Source of the DNA: Acidobacteriota bacterium
GTDB lineage: Bacteria; Acidobacteriota; UBA6911; RPQK01; JAJDTT01
Assembly: GCA_965217775.1 (NCBI GenBank)
Contig: CBDCJH010000002.1
Span: forward strand, 480,001 to 544,000
Length of the DNA: 64,000 bases
Direction: 5' to 3'
The number at the start of each line of letters is the position of its first letter. Position 1 is the first letter of the stretch. Shown here piece after piece: positions 40,244-50,244 of this stretch. Made by a program: the position numbers and the translations under genes. A model generated the notes under the pieces. That model saw only the letters and a list, made by a program, of their open reading frames with translations. It did not search any database and was not told the DNA's origin.

Positions 40244-41785
40244 CTACTCGGCCGTCTCGTTGGCGGGATAGCCGGGATTGGGAGGATCGAAGTAGCCGTT
40301 CCCGTCGAAGTCCACCCAGATCGGATTGGTGAAGGCGAACGAGCTGAAATGGGAGAAGGGCGTCTCCCAGGGGCGGTCGGAGGTGGCCAGCACCAGAATC
40401 CAGGTGTCCTGGTCGGCTTTGACCTCGATGTCCCAATGGTGTCGGGTGGCCTCCGGCGCCTCGAGGGTCGAGAGCGTCTTCAGCACCTTGCCGTTGGCCA
40501 CGATCTCCACCCGGTCCAGCGGAATCCAGGGGGCCCTCTGGACGTTGACGTGCAGCATCACCGACCCGTCTCTGGCGGTGTGGGTGGAGCCCATCTGGAC
40601 GCCGTCGTCGATGCTGAAGCGGATGAAGGGACCCAGCGAAGCGGATGACGCGCCCCGCTTCAACGCGTCGACCACCTTGTAGGGATCGATCTCCCAGGGG
40701 TTGTCCGTGTCCGAGAGGACGTAGTTTCGAGGATATCCGGGCAACTCGCTGGGGTACCGGTGGGCGTCGGTGTTGCCCACGCCGGTGATGGCGATCCCCC
40801 GGTTGAGCAGGCTGTACCAATCCTTCAGATTCTGGTCCAGCTTGTGGTTCCGGCCGAATTGGGGATTTTCCCCGTCCTCAACCACGGTCAGGGCGTTGTA
40901 GACCTCTACCTGGTCGAAACCGGTTTCGAAGAAGGGATACTCGATCTCCCCGGTGTCCCGATTGAGCCGGGTGTTGAAGTAGCCTCCCTTGGACGCGTCG
41001 TACCGGGGATGATTGATCTGGACGATCTCGTCGCCCGGGTTCCGCCGCATCAGCCGGAGGAATTCTCCCGGAGTGCGAATGGAGTGGCGATATGAACGTT
41101 CCTGCCACCGGTTCAGCGACATGGGAAAGCTATTGTAGTGGCCGAATACCGTGTCAATCTCAGACCCCACCACCGAGGACATGAAGCGGCCCAGGTTCAG
41201 TTGCTCGATGTAGGGAGAGTAATCCTTGAGGATGTTGTGATCGGTCGCGGTGAGCAGGTCCAGTCCGGCCGCGGCCGACACGATGGCGCCGTCCCGCATG
41301 GCGAACTGGAGATGCAGGTGGAAGTCGGACGAGATGAAGCCGCTGGTGTCGATGGCCCGCGACAGCGTGGAGGTGAAGTGGCTCCGTGTCCCTTCCAGGA
41401 TCTCCACCTCCTGATGGTCCAGGGTGTATTCGATTCCGCGGCTCACGTAAACGTCGTACCGGCCCACCGGAATGGTCTTCAATTCCCGGCCGGAAGCCGT
41501 CACCAGGAAGTTCTTGAAGCGTCCGACCACAGGCGATTCCGGCCGGCCGTCGGCGTGGGCGAAGTAGAGCCGGGAGGGCAGATGGATTCCGGTCTTGTCC
41601 TCCAGAACCTCGAACGAGAGCTCACCCACGGGCTGGCCCGTCTCCAGGACGAAGCGCTGGTCCGGGTCGGGCCCCTGATCGTGCGAGGAGAGGGTCGTGG
41701 CCGGATGCTGCAGGAAAAACCAGCAAGCTACGCCCGCCAGCAGGAAAGAGACTCGAAGCAAGAACTTGGTTGAGAGCTTTTTCAA
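40244..41785 (-). CDS. Secreted PHP-domain metallohydrolase (CehA/McbA-like)
   Basis: DFHLH, TDHN, GHYN, INHP, NTDAH motifs. TTG start after SD GGAGG, followed by a signal/TM segment (inferred). Confidence 0.75.
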   Translation of the reverse strand: MKKLSTKFLLRVSFLLAGVACWFFLQHPATTLSSHDQGPDPDQRFVLETGQPVGELSFEVLEDKTGIHLPSRLYFAHADGRPESPVVGRFKNFLVTASGRELKTIPVGRYDVYVSRGIEYTLDHQEVEILEGTRSHFTSTLSRAIDTSGFISSDFHLHLQFAMRDGAIVSAAAGLDLLTATDHNILKDYSPYIEQLNLGRFMSSVVGSEIDTVFGHYNSFPMSLNRWQERSYRHSIRTPGEFLRLMRRNPGDEIVQINHPRYDASKGGYFNTRLNRDTGEIEYPFFETGFDQVEVYNALTVVEDGENPQFGRNHKLDQNLKDWYSLLNRGIAITGVGNTDAHRYPSELPGYPRNYVLSDTDNPWEIDPYKVVDALKRGASSASLGPFIRFSIDDGVQMGSTHTARDGSVMLHVNVQRAPWIPLDRVEIVANGKVLKTLSTLEAPEATRHHWDIEVKADQDTWILVLATSDRPWETPFSHFSSFAFTNPIWVDFDGNGYFDPPNPGYPANETAE

Positions 41786-41902
41786 GGTTATCCTCCACCC
41801 CGAGGTTAGGGCCCGGATGGCAGGACTGCAAGAAGAAACCATGAGAAAAATGTATTTTCGCGAAATGGTGATGGTATTGGGATCAACTAAGGGAGACGGT
41901 CC

Positions 41903-42634
41903 ATGAGTGTTCTGGAAAATCAGGTGGCGGTGGTCACAGGGGCGGGTACGGGCATCGGCCGGGCCGTGGCCGAGACCTTCTCTCGCGAGGGCGCCGCAGT
42001 GGCTCTGCTCGGGCGCCGGCAAGAACCACTTCGGGAGGTGGCGGCTCAGTTGCCTCGAGACCGGGTCTTGACCTGTGCTTGCGACGTCTCCTCCCGAAAT
42101 CAGGTGGACGGCGTTTTCGCGCGGATCCGGGAGCGGTTGGGAGTGGCGAGTCTGCTGGTGAACAACGCCGGGATCAACACGGTGGTGAGGGATCTGGCGC
42201 ATATTGAACCTTCGGATTGGGACCATGTCCTGGCCGTGAACCTGACCGGCGCCTTCAACTGCATCCGCGCCGTCCTGCCCGGCATGCGGGAGCTGGGAGG
42301 GGGTGTCATCATCAACGTCTCTTCCATCGCCGGGAAGCGGGCCAGCAAAGTGGCGGGAGTGGCCTACGTGGCCTCCAAGCATGGGATGGTGGGACTGACC
42401 CACTCCACAAACCGGGAGGAAGGGGTCAACGGGATCCGCTCCACCGTGATCCTTCCCGGCGAGGTGGATACCCCCATTCTGGACGTCCGCCCGGAGCCGG
42501 TTCCCCGCGAGTGGAGAGAGCGGATTCTCCGATCCGAGGACGTGGCGGCGTGCGCCTTGCTGGTGGCCGGGCTTCCGCCACGCGCCTGCGTTCCCGAAAT
42601 CGTCGTCACGCCCACGATTCAAAGTTATTCTTGA
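41903..42634 (+). CDS. Short-chain dehydrogenase/reductase
   Basis: TGAGTGIG, NNAG, SS...YVASK catalytic motif. Confidence 0.93.
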   Translation: MSVLENQVAVVTGAGTGIGRAVAETFSREGAAVALLGRRQEPLREVAAQLPRDRVLTCACDVSSRNQVDGVFARIRERLGVASLLVNNAGINTVVRDLAHIEPSDWDHVLAVNLTGAFNCIRAVLPGMRELGGGVIINVSSIAGKRASKVAGVAYVASKHGMVGLTHSTNREEGVNGIRSTVILPGEVDTPILDVRPEPVPREWRERILRSEDVAACALLVAGLPPRACVPEIVVTPTIQSYS

Positions 42635-42763
42635 CACGCGATGCCGCTGGCCGGGGGTCTTGGAACCTGGTTCGGATCGCCTCTCCCTCTGGGCGTAGTA
42701 GACTGGGTGCGACCTGGGGGTCGTCGGAAAAACCACTCACAGAAAGAGAAAAAGGGAGGATCC

Positions 42764-43099
42764 ATGAAGAAGAATTCGGTTGGTGAAGTTCAGGGAAACG
42801 ACAGCATTCCGGGGATTCTGCGCAAGACGCTCGCCTATAACGAGGAAGTCATGCTCTGCCACTTTTCCATGTCACAAGGGGCTACTATTCCCCTGCACAA
42901 TCACCGGGCCAGCCAGGTGGGATACGTGGTCAGCGGATCCCTCAAGTTCGTGGGCAAGGAAGAATCGGATACCTTCAGGGCTGAAACGGGCGATTCCTAC
43001 GTCTTCGATCCCTACAAGTTCCATGGCTGCCAGGTGCAGGCGGACTCCGAAGTCTTGGAAGTTTTCTATCCGGTTCGGGAAGAGTACAAGGACTCCTGA
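42764..43099 (+). CDS. Cupin domain protein (KdgF-like)
   Basis: PLHNH..SQVGYV.SG, GDSY, HG, VFYPVREEY; SD GGAGG. Confidence 0.82.
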   Translation: MKKNSVGEVQGNDSIPGILRKTLAYNEEVMLCHFSMSQGATIPLHNHRASQVGYVVSGSLKFVGKEESDTFRAETGDSYVFDPYKFHGCQVQADSEVLEVFYPVREEYKDS

Positions 43100-43100
43100 C

Positions 43101-43862
43101 ATGGTCAATGCTTCCCTGAAGCAGAAGCTGGCCCGGGGCGAGTTGGTGGTGGGGACCCTCATGACCTTCGATTTCTGGGCCGGATACCTGGAAATCTACA
43201 AGCAGGTGGGTATGGACTTCGTGTTCCTGGACATGGAGCATGGAGCCGCCGACCTGGCCAAGGCAGAAGAACTGTGCCGCACTGCCCGCTTGCTGGACCT
43301 GCCTCTGATCCTGCGTCCCGAGGACAGCGTCTACCACCTTCTGCGCCGCTACGCGGACATGGGCCCCTCCGGGTTCATGATTCCCTGGACCGAAAGGGAG
43401 GAACAACTGGAGACGGTCAAGAGCGCCATCTACGTTCCGCCCCGGGGACGCCGGGGACCGGGAGGGCCGTCCGTCATGCGCACGCGCAGCCTGGATCTGA
43501 AGGGCTGGCAGGAGGTGGAGGACGACTTCTTCGTCTGTTTCCAGGTGGAGACGCCTCGGGGCATCGAGGCCCTGCCGGGACTGGCCGCCCGGGACTGGAT
43601 CGATGCCGTGATGTTGGGTCCCTATGATCTCTCACTCAATCTGGGACACTGCGGAGAGTGGGATCATCCGGTGGTGGTCGACGCCATACTGAGGGTCCTG
43701 GAAGGGGCTCGAGCCGCCGGGAAACCTTGCGGCATGGTGGTCGGAAGCCTGGAACAGGGCCGATTCTGGATCGAACGGGGTTTTCACTTCCTGTCGTTCG
43801 GAGAGGCCACGGGCATGGTCCGGGCCCAGGCCTCCGCCTTTCTCTCGGCCGTCCGGGGATGA
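43101..43862 (+). CDS. HpcH/HpaI family class II aldolase
   Basis: DFVFLDMEHG, PPRGRRG, QVET, GPYDLS. Confidence 0.9.
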   Translation: MVNASLKQKLARGELVVGTLMTFDFWAGYLEIYKQVGMDFVFLDMEHGAADLAKAEELCRTARLLDLPLILRPEDSVYHLLRRYADMGPSGFMIPWTEREEQLETVKSAIYVPPRGRRGPGGPSVMRTRSLDLKGWQEVEDDFFVCFQVETPRGIEALPGLAARDWIDAVMLGPYDLSLNLGHCGEWDHPVVVDAILRVLEGARAAGKPCGMVVGSLEQGRFWIERGFHFLSFGEATGMVRAQASAFLSAVRG

Positions 43863-43910
43863 GCTTCCCCGGGGCGCACGGCGTCAACCGCTGTCGGCGG
43901 AGAGTCGTGC

Positions 43911-44807
43911 CTACTTGAGGAGGTCCAGGCCCCGCAACACCGTTTCCACTTGCTCGAGGCCCCTCTCGGTCGGCTGAGCAAAGGGACGGGGAGTGAAGTT
44001 TCCGGGGACGCCCCTCAGGTTCATGGCGGAGGTGAAACCGGCGAATACCGAGTCGTAGGCCACGACCTCCCTCAAACGCAGGAGCTTCCTCTGGGCCGCG
44101 GCGGACCCTTCCACGTCTCCCTTCCGGAAAGTTCGGTAGATCTCGACTCCATATTCGGGCGCCAATGCGAAGAGCCCCTCGATGATTCCCACGGCGCCCA
44201 AATGCAGCGCCAAATCAAAGAAGGTCGTGTGTCCGGAGAGGACCGCGAACTCCGACCCACGGAAATGCTCCGCGGAACGTCGAAAGGCGAGAAAGTCTCC
44301 GGACGCCTTCAACCCCACGATATTGGGGTGCTCGGCCAACTCCCGGACCAGTTCGAATTCCAACGAATGGCCCGTGAGTCCCGGGTTGTCGTACGGATAG
44401 ACCGGGAGGCTGGTCCGGGAAGCCACGCCGGTGAAGTAGTCGTGGAGCTCGGTCTGACTGAAGCGGAAGATAAACGGGGGGATCAGAGCCACCCCGGTCA
44501 GGGGATAGTTCTCCGCGAGCCGGATTCGCGCCAGGGTGCGTTCCGTGCTGGTGTCGCCGCATCCCACGATCACGGGCACGGCCCCCCTCACTTCGTCGAT
44601 GGCCACCTCCACGGCTTCCACGAAGACCTCGTCCTTGAGCATCTGCATGCAGCCCATGGACCCCAGCACCAGAAGGCCGTCCACGCCGGCGGCCAACTGC
44701 ATCCGGATCTGCTTCCTCATGCCCTCCTCGTGGAGGTCCTCGTACCGATCCAGGGGTGTCCCCAGCGCAGTCACCACGCCTTGTAGCGTTCCTCGAAGTG
44801 GATTCAT
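43911..44807 (-). CDS. DapA/NAL family class I aldolase
   Basis: GLLVLGSMG, VPVIVG, YDNP, IVGLKAS (Schiff-base Lys). Confidence 0.88.
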   Translation of the reverse strand: MNPLRGTLQGVVTALGTPLDRYEDLHEEGMRKQIRMQLAAGVDGLLVLGSMGCMQMLKDEVFVEAVEVAIDEVRGAVPVIVGCGDTSTERTLARIRLAENYPLTGVALIPPFIFRFSQTELHDYFTGVASRTSLPVYPYDNPGLTGHSLEFELVRELAEHPNIVGLKASGDFLAFRRSAEHFRGSEFAVLSGHTTFFDLALHLGAVGIIEGLFALAPEYGVEIYRTFRKGDVEGSAAAQRKLLRLREVVAYDSVFAGFTSAMNLRGVPGNFTPRPFAQPTERGLEQVETVLRGLDLLK

Positions 44808-44847
44808 AGTCTCCTCAATGTCTGCGGCGGACGCTCACCGATCCCAG

Positions 44848-45777
44848 TCAGCCGATCTCGTCCTCCAGAAAGTGGGCGAACTTTTCTTCCAAAGTAGCCC
44901 GAAGCCGCTCGATCCTCCCGGCCGGCGCCGCTTCCGACGGAGGACGGGGAGGCCCCGCCTTGAAGTAGCCGGCCGCGTTCACCGTGGCCTTGGTGAGGGA
45001 AGTGTCGTTGTAGCCTTCTCCTGCCAGCGGGATGATAGCTTCCTGCAAGATCTCGTTGCACTGGTGCTGGTAGGCCATGGCTTGGGCCACGTCCCCGCCG
45101 CGGATCGCCTTCCACCATCTCTGCATGAAGGCGGGGAAGGCATAGACGAAGCTGGCCATGACTCCGTTGCCGCCCACCAGGTGGCTCACGCCCCAAAGCT
45201 GCTCCAGGGGGAAGTGGGGGATTTCGGTTCGCCGCAGGCAGTTGAGGTAGAGATTCACGTCGGCGCCGATCATCTTCACGCCGGCCACGGTGGGGATTTT
45301 CTGCAACTCCACAAAGTCCGAGTCGTTGAGGAGCAGCTTGGTGGTGCCGGGGTTGTTGTAGACGATGATGCCCAGGCCGGGGCAGGCTTCCGAAAGATCG
45401 CGGAAGTACTGGTAGGCTTCCGCCTTGGTCAGGGTCTGGTAGAAGGGGACGACGTTCATCACCCCTTCGGCCCCTTCCTCCATGGCGATGCGTGAGCGGC
45501 GAATCGACTCCTCGGTATTGACGGCGCTGGCTCCCACGACGACCTTGGTCCGGGTTCCCTGGCATTCTTCCACCGTGATCCGGCTGATGGTGCGCAGTTC
45601 CTCGTCGTTGACCACGAAGAACTCGCCGTTGGTCCCGGTGGTGATGATGCCGTCCACTTCCATCCGAACCAGCTTCCGGATGTTGTAACGAAACCCTTCC
45701 GTGTCGAGATGGAATCGGTCGTCGAAGGGGGTGACCACGAGTACGTAAAGACCGTCCATGTTCTGTCTCGTCAGCAT
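44848..45777 (-). CDS. DapA/NAL family class I aldolase
   Basis: VTPFD, GTNGEF, IVYNNP, GVKM; start MLTRQ after SD AAGGAG. Confidence 0.88.
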   Translation of the reverse strand: MLTRQNMDGLYVLVVTPFDDRFHLDTEGFRYNIRKLVRMEVDGIITTGTNGEFFVVNDEELRTISRITVEECQGTRTKVVVGASAVNTEESIRRSRIAMEEGAEGVMNVVPFYQTLTKAEAYQYFRDLSEACPGLGIIVYNNPGTTKLLLNDSDFVELQKIPTVAGVKMIGADVNLYLNCLRRTEIPHFPLEQLWGVSHLVGGNGVMASFVYAFPAFMQRWWKAIRGGDVAQAMAYQHQCNEILQEAIIPLAGEGYNDTSLTKATVNAAGYFKAGPPRPPSEAAPAGRIERLRATLEEKFAHFLEDEIG

Positions 45778-45879
45778 TTCTCTTCTCCTTAGAACTGTTC
45801 GTTTGGCCGTTTGAGCCAACCTGACGCCGGGCCAGTCTACTACGACGGTTGCCCCCTCGCAGTCAAGCCTCAGGGCGGA

Positions 45880-47370
45880 TCATTGGGAAGCGTCCCAGAC
45901 CGTCTCCGGCTCGAATGGATAGAGGGGCCGGGGACGGTGCCGGTAGTCGAAGTGAGCGGGATTGGCCGAGGTTATTCCGGGAGTGTCCACGTAGATCAGC
46001 CCACTGGAAACCGGCTCGTAGGCCGCCACCGGAGCGATGGCCCCCTTGGCCACCAGAATCCGGTACGACTTCGGCTTGATGCCCAGGCTCAAGACCTGTT
46101 CCAGGCTCATGGGCGCCATCCTGAGCGAGGTCAGAACCATGGCGTGACCTTCTGGTGTTTCCACCAGTGCGGTGAGCCCCTGGTTGTTGAAACGGGCGCC
46201 GCCGTGACGGGCCTCATCCTCCACGAAGGCGCCGTCGTGCAGGCAACGGACCCGCCCCCGAATGGGGATGGGCGGCCCGTGCAGGTCATCGCTCTTCCCG
46301 CCCACTCGCAGCGAGACTTCCGTTCCCACTCCGGAGGCGACGCAGGCCTGGACGGCGGCCGGGTCGAACAGGACCACCAGGGCGGGGCCGGAGCCGGTCC
46401 GAATCACTTCCTGCAGGATGAGGGTGCCGTCGGCGGGGCTGCCGCCACCCACGTTGTCGCCCACGTCCAACAGCGTGACGGGTCCTGCATCGGCGTCCAT
46501 GGCTGCTTCGACGGCCTCCCTGATGGGAGTCCCCAGCAGGGTCAGCTCGTCTCGAAGTTCCCAGGCCCGGCGCGCCAGGCCCAGCGCCTCCTTCCGGGCC
46601 AGCGCCCGATCGCCGTCGGTCACGACCAGAAACGCCGGGCCCATCTCCTCCACGTCGGCGTAGGCGAACCCGGGCGCGATGCTGGCCGATATGATCCCGT
46701 CCTGCTCGAGCAAGTCCTCCATCCGCCGATAGAGGCCGGCCATGGGTTCCTGGCGGGTCCCTTGGGCCAGGATGCTGATACAGAGTGGAGGTTTGACCAG
46801 TGACTGCACCGGCCGGATCCTGCCTGCAACCGTCTCCGCCAGGATCCGGGCCGCTTCCCGGCCCCGTTCCCGCTGATCCAGATGGGGGTAGGTCCGATAG
46901 ATGGTGGTGGCGGTGACGCTCTCGATCATGAGTGGGGAAACGTTGGCATGAAGGTCCAGCGTCATGACGATGGGTAGATCCGGGCCCACCAACCGGCGGA
47001 TCCTGGCCGCGGTCCGGCCGTCGGCGTCCCGGACGTGCTGCGCCACCATCGCCCCGTGCAGGGCCAGGAGCAGTCCGTCCAGGGATTGGCCCGAGATCCG
47101 GTCCAGAATCTCCTCCAGTATCCCCTCGTAGGCTTCTTCCTGTACGGGACCCGCGGGCATGGCCGTGCCGGTGACCAGGGGGACCGTCTCGAGTCCCAGA
47201 GCCGGCAGCACCTCCAGCATGCCTCCGATCTCGTGATGGGCCTCACTCCAGTGGGAGAAGACCTCCTGGCCCGATACCAGGCAGGTGTCCTGGAACATCT
47301 CCCGGGTGGTGGGGACCGGATAGAAGGTGTTGGACTCGTGCATCAGGGAAGCGAGACCGACCCTCTTCAA
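45880..47370 (-). CDS. MlrC-like M81 family metallopeptidase
   Basis: HESNTF, LHGAMV, DLHAN, YRTYPHLD, DNVGGG. Confidence 0.9.
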   Translation of the reverse strand: MKRVGLASLMHESNTFYPVPTTREMFQDTCLVSGQEVFSHWSEAHHEIGGMLEVLPALGLETVPLVTGTAMPAGPVQEEAYEGILEEILDRISGQSLDGLLLALHGAMVAQHVRDADGRTAARIRRLVGPDLPIVMTLDLHANVSPLMIESVTATTIYRTYPHLDQRERGREAARILAETVAGRIRPVQSLVKPPLCISILAQGTRQEPMAGLYRRMEDLLEQDGIISASIAPGFAYADVEEMGPAFLVVTDGDRALARKEALGLARRAWELRDELTLLGTPIREAVEAAMDADAGPVTLLDVGDNVGGGSPADGTLILQEVIRTGSGPALVVLFDPAAVQACVASGVGTEVSLRVGGKSDDLHGPPIPIRGRVRCLHDGAFVEDEARHGGARFNNQGLTALVETPEGHAMVLTSLRMAPMSLEQVLSLGIKPKSYRILVAKGAIAPVAAYEPVSSGLIYVDTPGITSANPAHFDYRHRPRPLYPFEPETVWDASQ

Positions 47371-47419
47371 CAGTAGACCTCCGTGGAATGTGGTGGGATG
47401 CGGGTGTTTCGAAAACCGG

Positions 47420-48169
47420 TCAACCGGTCACCCAAAGTTTGACCGCGAAGACGACGATGGTGATCGTCACCACCCGCTTGACCCAGGCGTGGCCCTTCAG
47501 GACGGTGAACCGGACGCCTAGCTGCCCTCCCAGAAAGGTCCCCACGGCCAGGACCAGGCCGGGGAGCCAAAGGACCTTTCCCTGAGAAACGAAGATGGCG
47601 AGAGAGACGATGGTGAAGGCCAGAATGCTCAACACCTTGACCGCGTTCCCCCGGACCAGGTCCAGACCGGCCATGGTGGTGGCGGCCAGCACCAGGAACC
47701 CGACGCCCGCCTGAACGAACCCCCCGTAGACGCCGGTCAGGAAGAAACCGAATGCCAGAACCGGCAGGCGAACGCTCCCCTTACGGCTGGATGGATCCTT
47801 CTTGGCGAGAGGGTCCCAGAGGGTCCACAGGGTCACGGCGATCATGAGGAAGGCCAGAACCTTGCGAAAAGCGGCATCTCCGATGGAGAGAGCGAGGACG
47901 GTGCCCGCGACGGCTCCCAGGCTGGCGGGGAGAGCCGCCCAGAGGATGGACTTCCAGTCCATCAGACGGTTCCGGTGGAATCCCCAGACAGCGCCCACGT
48001 TCTGGAAGAAGATGCCCACCCGGTTGGTGCCGTTGGCGACGGTGGCCGGAAGACCCATGAAGATCAGAATGGGCAGCGTCAGGAAGGAGCCTCCGCCGGC
48101 GATGACGTTCAAGGCGCCGGCGACAAAACCGGCCAGGACCAGCAAGGGATACAGCCACGGATCGGTCAC
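47420..48169 (-). CDS. TauE/SafE family membrane protein
   Basis: NVIAGGGSFLTLP, ANGTNR, YGGFVQAGVG; about 8 TM segments. Confidence 0.88.
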   Translation of the reverse strand: MTDPWLYPLLVLAGFVAGALNVIAGGGSFLTLPILIFMGLPATVANGTNRVGIFFQNVGAVWGFHRNRLMDWKSILWAALPASLGAVAGTVLALSIGDAAFRKVLAFLMIAVTLWTLWDPLAKKDPSSRKGSVRLPVLAFGFFLTGVYGGFVQAGVGFLVLAATTMAGLDLVRGNAVKVLSILAFTIVSLAIFVSQGKVLWLPGLVLAVGTFLGGQLGVRFTVLKGHAWVKRVVTITIVVFAVKLWVTG

Positions 48170-48189
48170 GACGCACCATCATAGGGGGA

Positions 48190-48220
48190 AAATTCCAAAT
48201 CGCAAATTCCAAATCCCAAA
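48190..48220. repeat. Short tandem heptamer repeat (AAATYSC x4)
   Basis: AAATTCC AAATCGC AAATTCC AAATCCC AAA. Confidence 0.6.
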
Positions 48221-48234
48221 CTGACGACCGGGAG

Positions 48235-48267
48235 CGGAGTTCGGCGGTTTCCAACCGCCGAACTCCG
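48235..48267. repeat. REP-like perfect inverted repeat
   Basis: cggagttcggcgg-tttccaa-ccgccgaactccg; shares its core with 8626-8652. Confidence 0.65.
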
Positions 48268-48404
48268 GACGAAGCATGGGGGCATGAGCGCCCGGAGGAT
48301 AAATGGGCGAACGGAGGTCGCCCGTCCAAGGTCCACTTCATTTTTCCAAGGAGTGCTCAGCCAGGGAGATCCTCGACGGGATTTCGACACTCGAGCCGGA
48401 TCGG

Positions 48405-50048
48405 TCAGTGGGGGATCTTCCCGGAATCCGCCAGTCGCCGGCTCAGGACCCGGATGCCCTCCCGGTAAACTCGAAGCACCGATTCCCGGTCCCGGGCACT
48501 GGAAAATGACGCCCGGGAACGAATCTTCGCCACGCTCGCCTCCATCTCCGCCAACAGCGATCGGGCGACCTCGGGCCGGAAGATGGACCGGCCGTGCAGT
48601 TGGAGATAGATGGGGCTGGTGTGAGCGAAGAGGGGCCGGTCCAGTTCGTTGCCGGGCAGTTCGTGGGGGATGCGAAGAGCCACCCATCCGGGCTCGGAAA
48701 CCTCCAATGCAAAGTCCAGGTCGGCCACGAAGTGGGCTCCCGAAGGACGGCTCGAGACGGCATGGACCACGCGGCCGTTGACAACCAGCTCCAAGGCCTT
48801 GAAGTCCAGGCGACCCACCCCTCGGCCTCGGATCCTCACCGTCTCCTTTCCGGTCAGCGAGATCGTGCCACCGGGTCGATGTTCCCCAGCTTCGAACTCC
48901 AGGAAGGGGCCATTGGTGATGTAGGAGCGCCCGTGCGAGAGGATCTCCAGCCATTCCCGCTCGGTGACAGGTCCCTCCATAGGGACGTAGACCCGGGAGA
49001 AGTCATAGATGAACCAATCGGTCCCGGTCGAGAAGGGCGCCTTGAGTCCCAGGTTCAGGTAGCGGTAGAAGGTTTCGTCGTACTCCGATACCGATCCACC
49101 GTCGAAGATGTTCTGGGCGTCCACCAAGCCGGCCATCCAATTGGGAATGTCCTCGTGACCGTTGGCGTTGTGGCACCAGATGACGGTGCCGCCGTCCTGC
49201 CGCGCCTCCCGGATTCCCGTCTGCAGGGGACGGCCGTCGGTGCCCGCACCCATGATGCCGGGCCCGATGCTCACCGGCCGGATCAGCTTGAGCAGGTTCA
49301 GAAGCATCACGTGGCCGTACCCCTGTTCTCCCCGGCCGAAGTTGTGGCGGTGCTCTTCACCCCATCCGAAGACGATTCCGTCGCCGGAGAGCCGGGCCAG
49401 GTCACTCCGGGTGAAACCGTTGGTGGTATAGCGGGCCTCGTCCGGCATCCTCCGCAAGTAGGAAACGAACAGTAGATCCAGTCCATCCCCCAGAGGCACC
49501 TCGCGCAAGTAGCGTTCGGCGTCCCGGAAGGTGATGTTCATGAGGTGGAGATGGGTATTGCCGGATTTCAGCCCTCTGGCCCGGGGGTCATAGATGCGGC
49601 GTAGGGGCAGCTGGATCTCCTCCCGGCTCTTCCCGGACAAGTCCAAGGACCGTGCCGTTTTCTCCGTCTCCAGTCCATGCAGCGCCTCGATCAACAGTTT
49701 CGTGCGGGGAACCGCAATCTCGGCGGATGGAGGCATCGTGTGCCAGCCACCGGCCCGGTGAAAGAGCCCCGGCAGCTCCAGCGCCTCGTCCCGGCTTTCA
49801 GGGGTGACCCGGATCAACCCCGGGAGCTCGATCCCGGATCCCTCCTCCGTCAGAGACACCTTCAGATTGCAGACCTCGTGACCCGCCAGGGCCCCGGTTC
49901 CCACCGGACGCGCCAGGGCGGCCACGTTGTGCCGCTTGAGAAAGGCGGCGCGGGTGCTCTCGTGCGCCCGGACCGGAACCATCAGCATCAGGACCGCCGG
50001 CACCAGGACGCTTATCGCCAGGGCGGGTCGTTGAAACGGGTCCTTCAT
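48405..50048 (-). CDS. Secreted PHP-like metallohydrolase (CehA/McbA-like)
   Basis: Signal peptide, GNTHLHL, EEHRHN, GHV, WCH, STGTDW, ITNGP, AHTSPIY. Confidence 0.7.
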   Translation of the reverse strand: MKDPFQRPALAISVLVPAVLMLMVPVRAHESTRAAFLKRHNVAALARPVGTGALAGHEVCNLKVSLTEEGSGIELPGLIRVTPESRDEALELPGLFHRAGGWHTMPPSAEIAVPRTKLLIEALHGLETEKTARSLDLSGKSREEIQLPLRRIYDPRARGLKSGNTHLHLMNITFRDAERYLREVPLGDGLDLLFVSYLRRMPDEARYTTNGFTRSDLARLSGDGIVFGWGEEHRHNFGRGEQGYGHVMLLNLLKLIRPVSIGPGIMGAGTDGRPLQTGIREARQDGGTVIWCHNANGHEDIPNWMAGLVDAQNIFDGGSVSEYDETFYRYLNLGLKAPFSTGTDWFIYDFSRVYVPMEGPVTEREWLEILSHGRSYITNGPFLEFEAGEHRPGGTISLTGKETVRIRGRGVGRLDFKALELVVNGRVVHAVSSRPSGAHFVADLDFALEVSEPGWVALRIPHELPGNELDRPLFAHTSPIYLQLHGRSIFRPEVARSLLAEMEASVAKIRSRASFSSARDRESVLRVYREGIRVLSRRLADSGKIPH

Positions 50049-50244
50049 GGAAGCCTCCTCATTGGGGAATATGGGCGTGATCGTACCACCTCCCGCTTCG
50101 GGTCACGAAACCGGAAGAGCGGAGCATAGGATTCCGGTTCCGAGGGAACGAACAGACCCGGCGTGCCGTATAGTATGCTGAATCCCGAAGCGCCGCCTCT
50201 GATTGGAATTCACCGGCTATCGGCGGCTCCTCTCGTGGTCCGCA

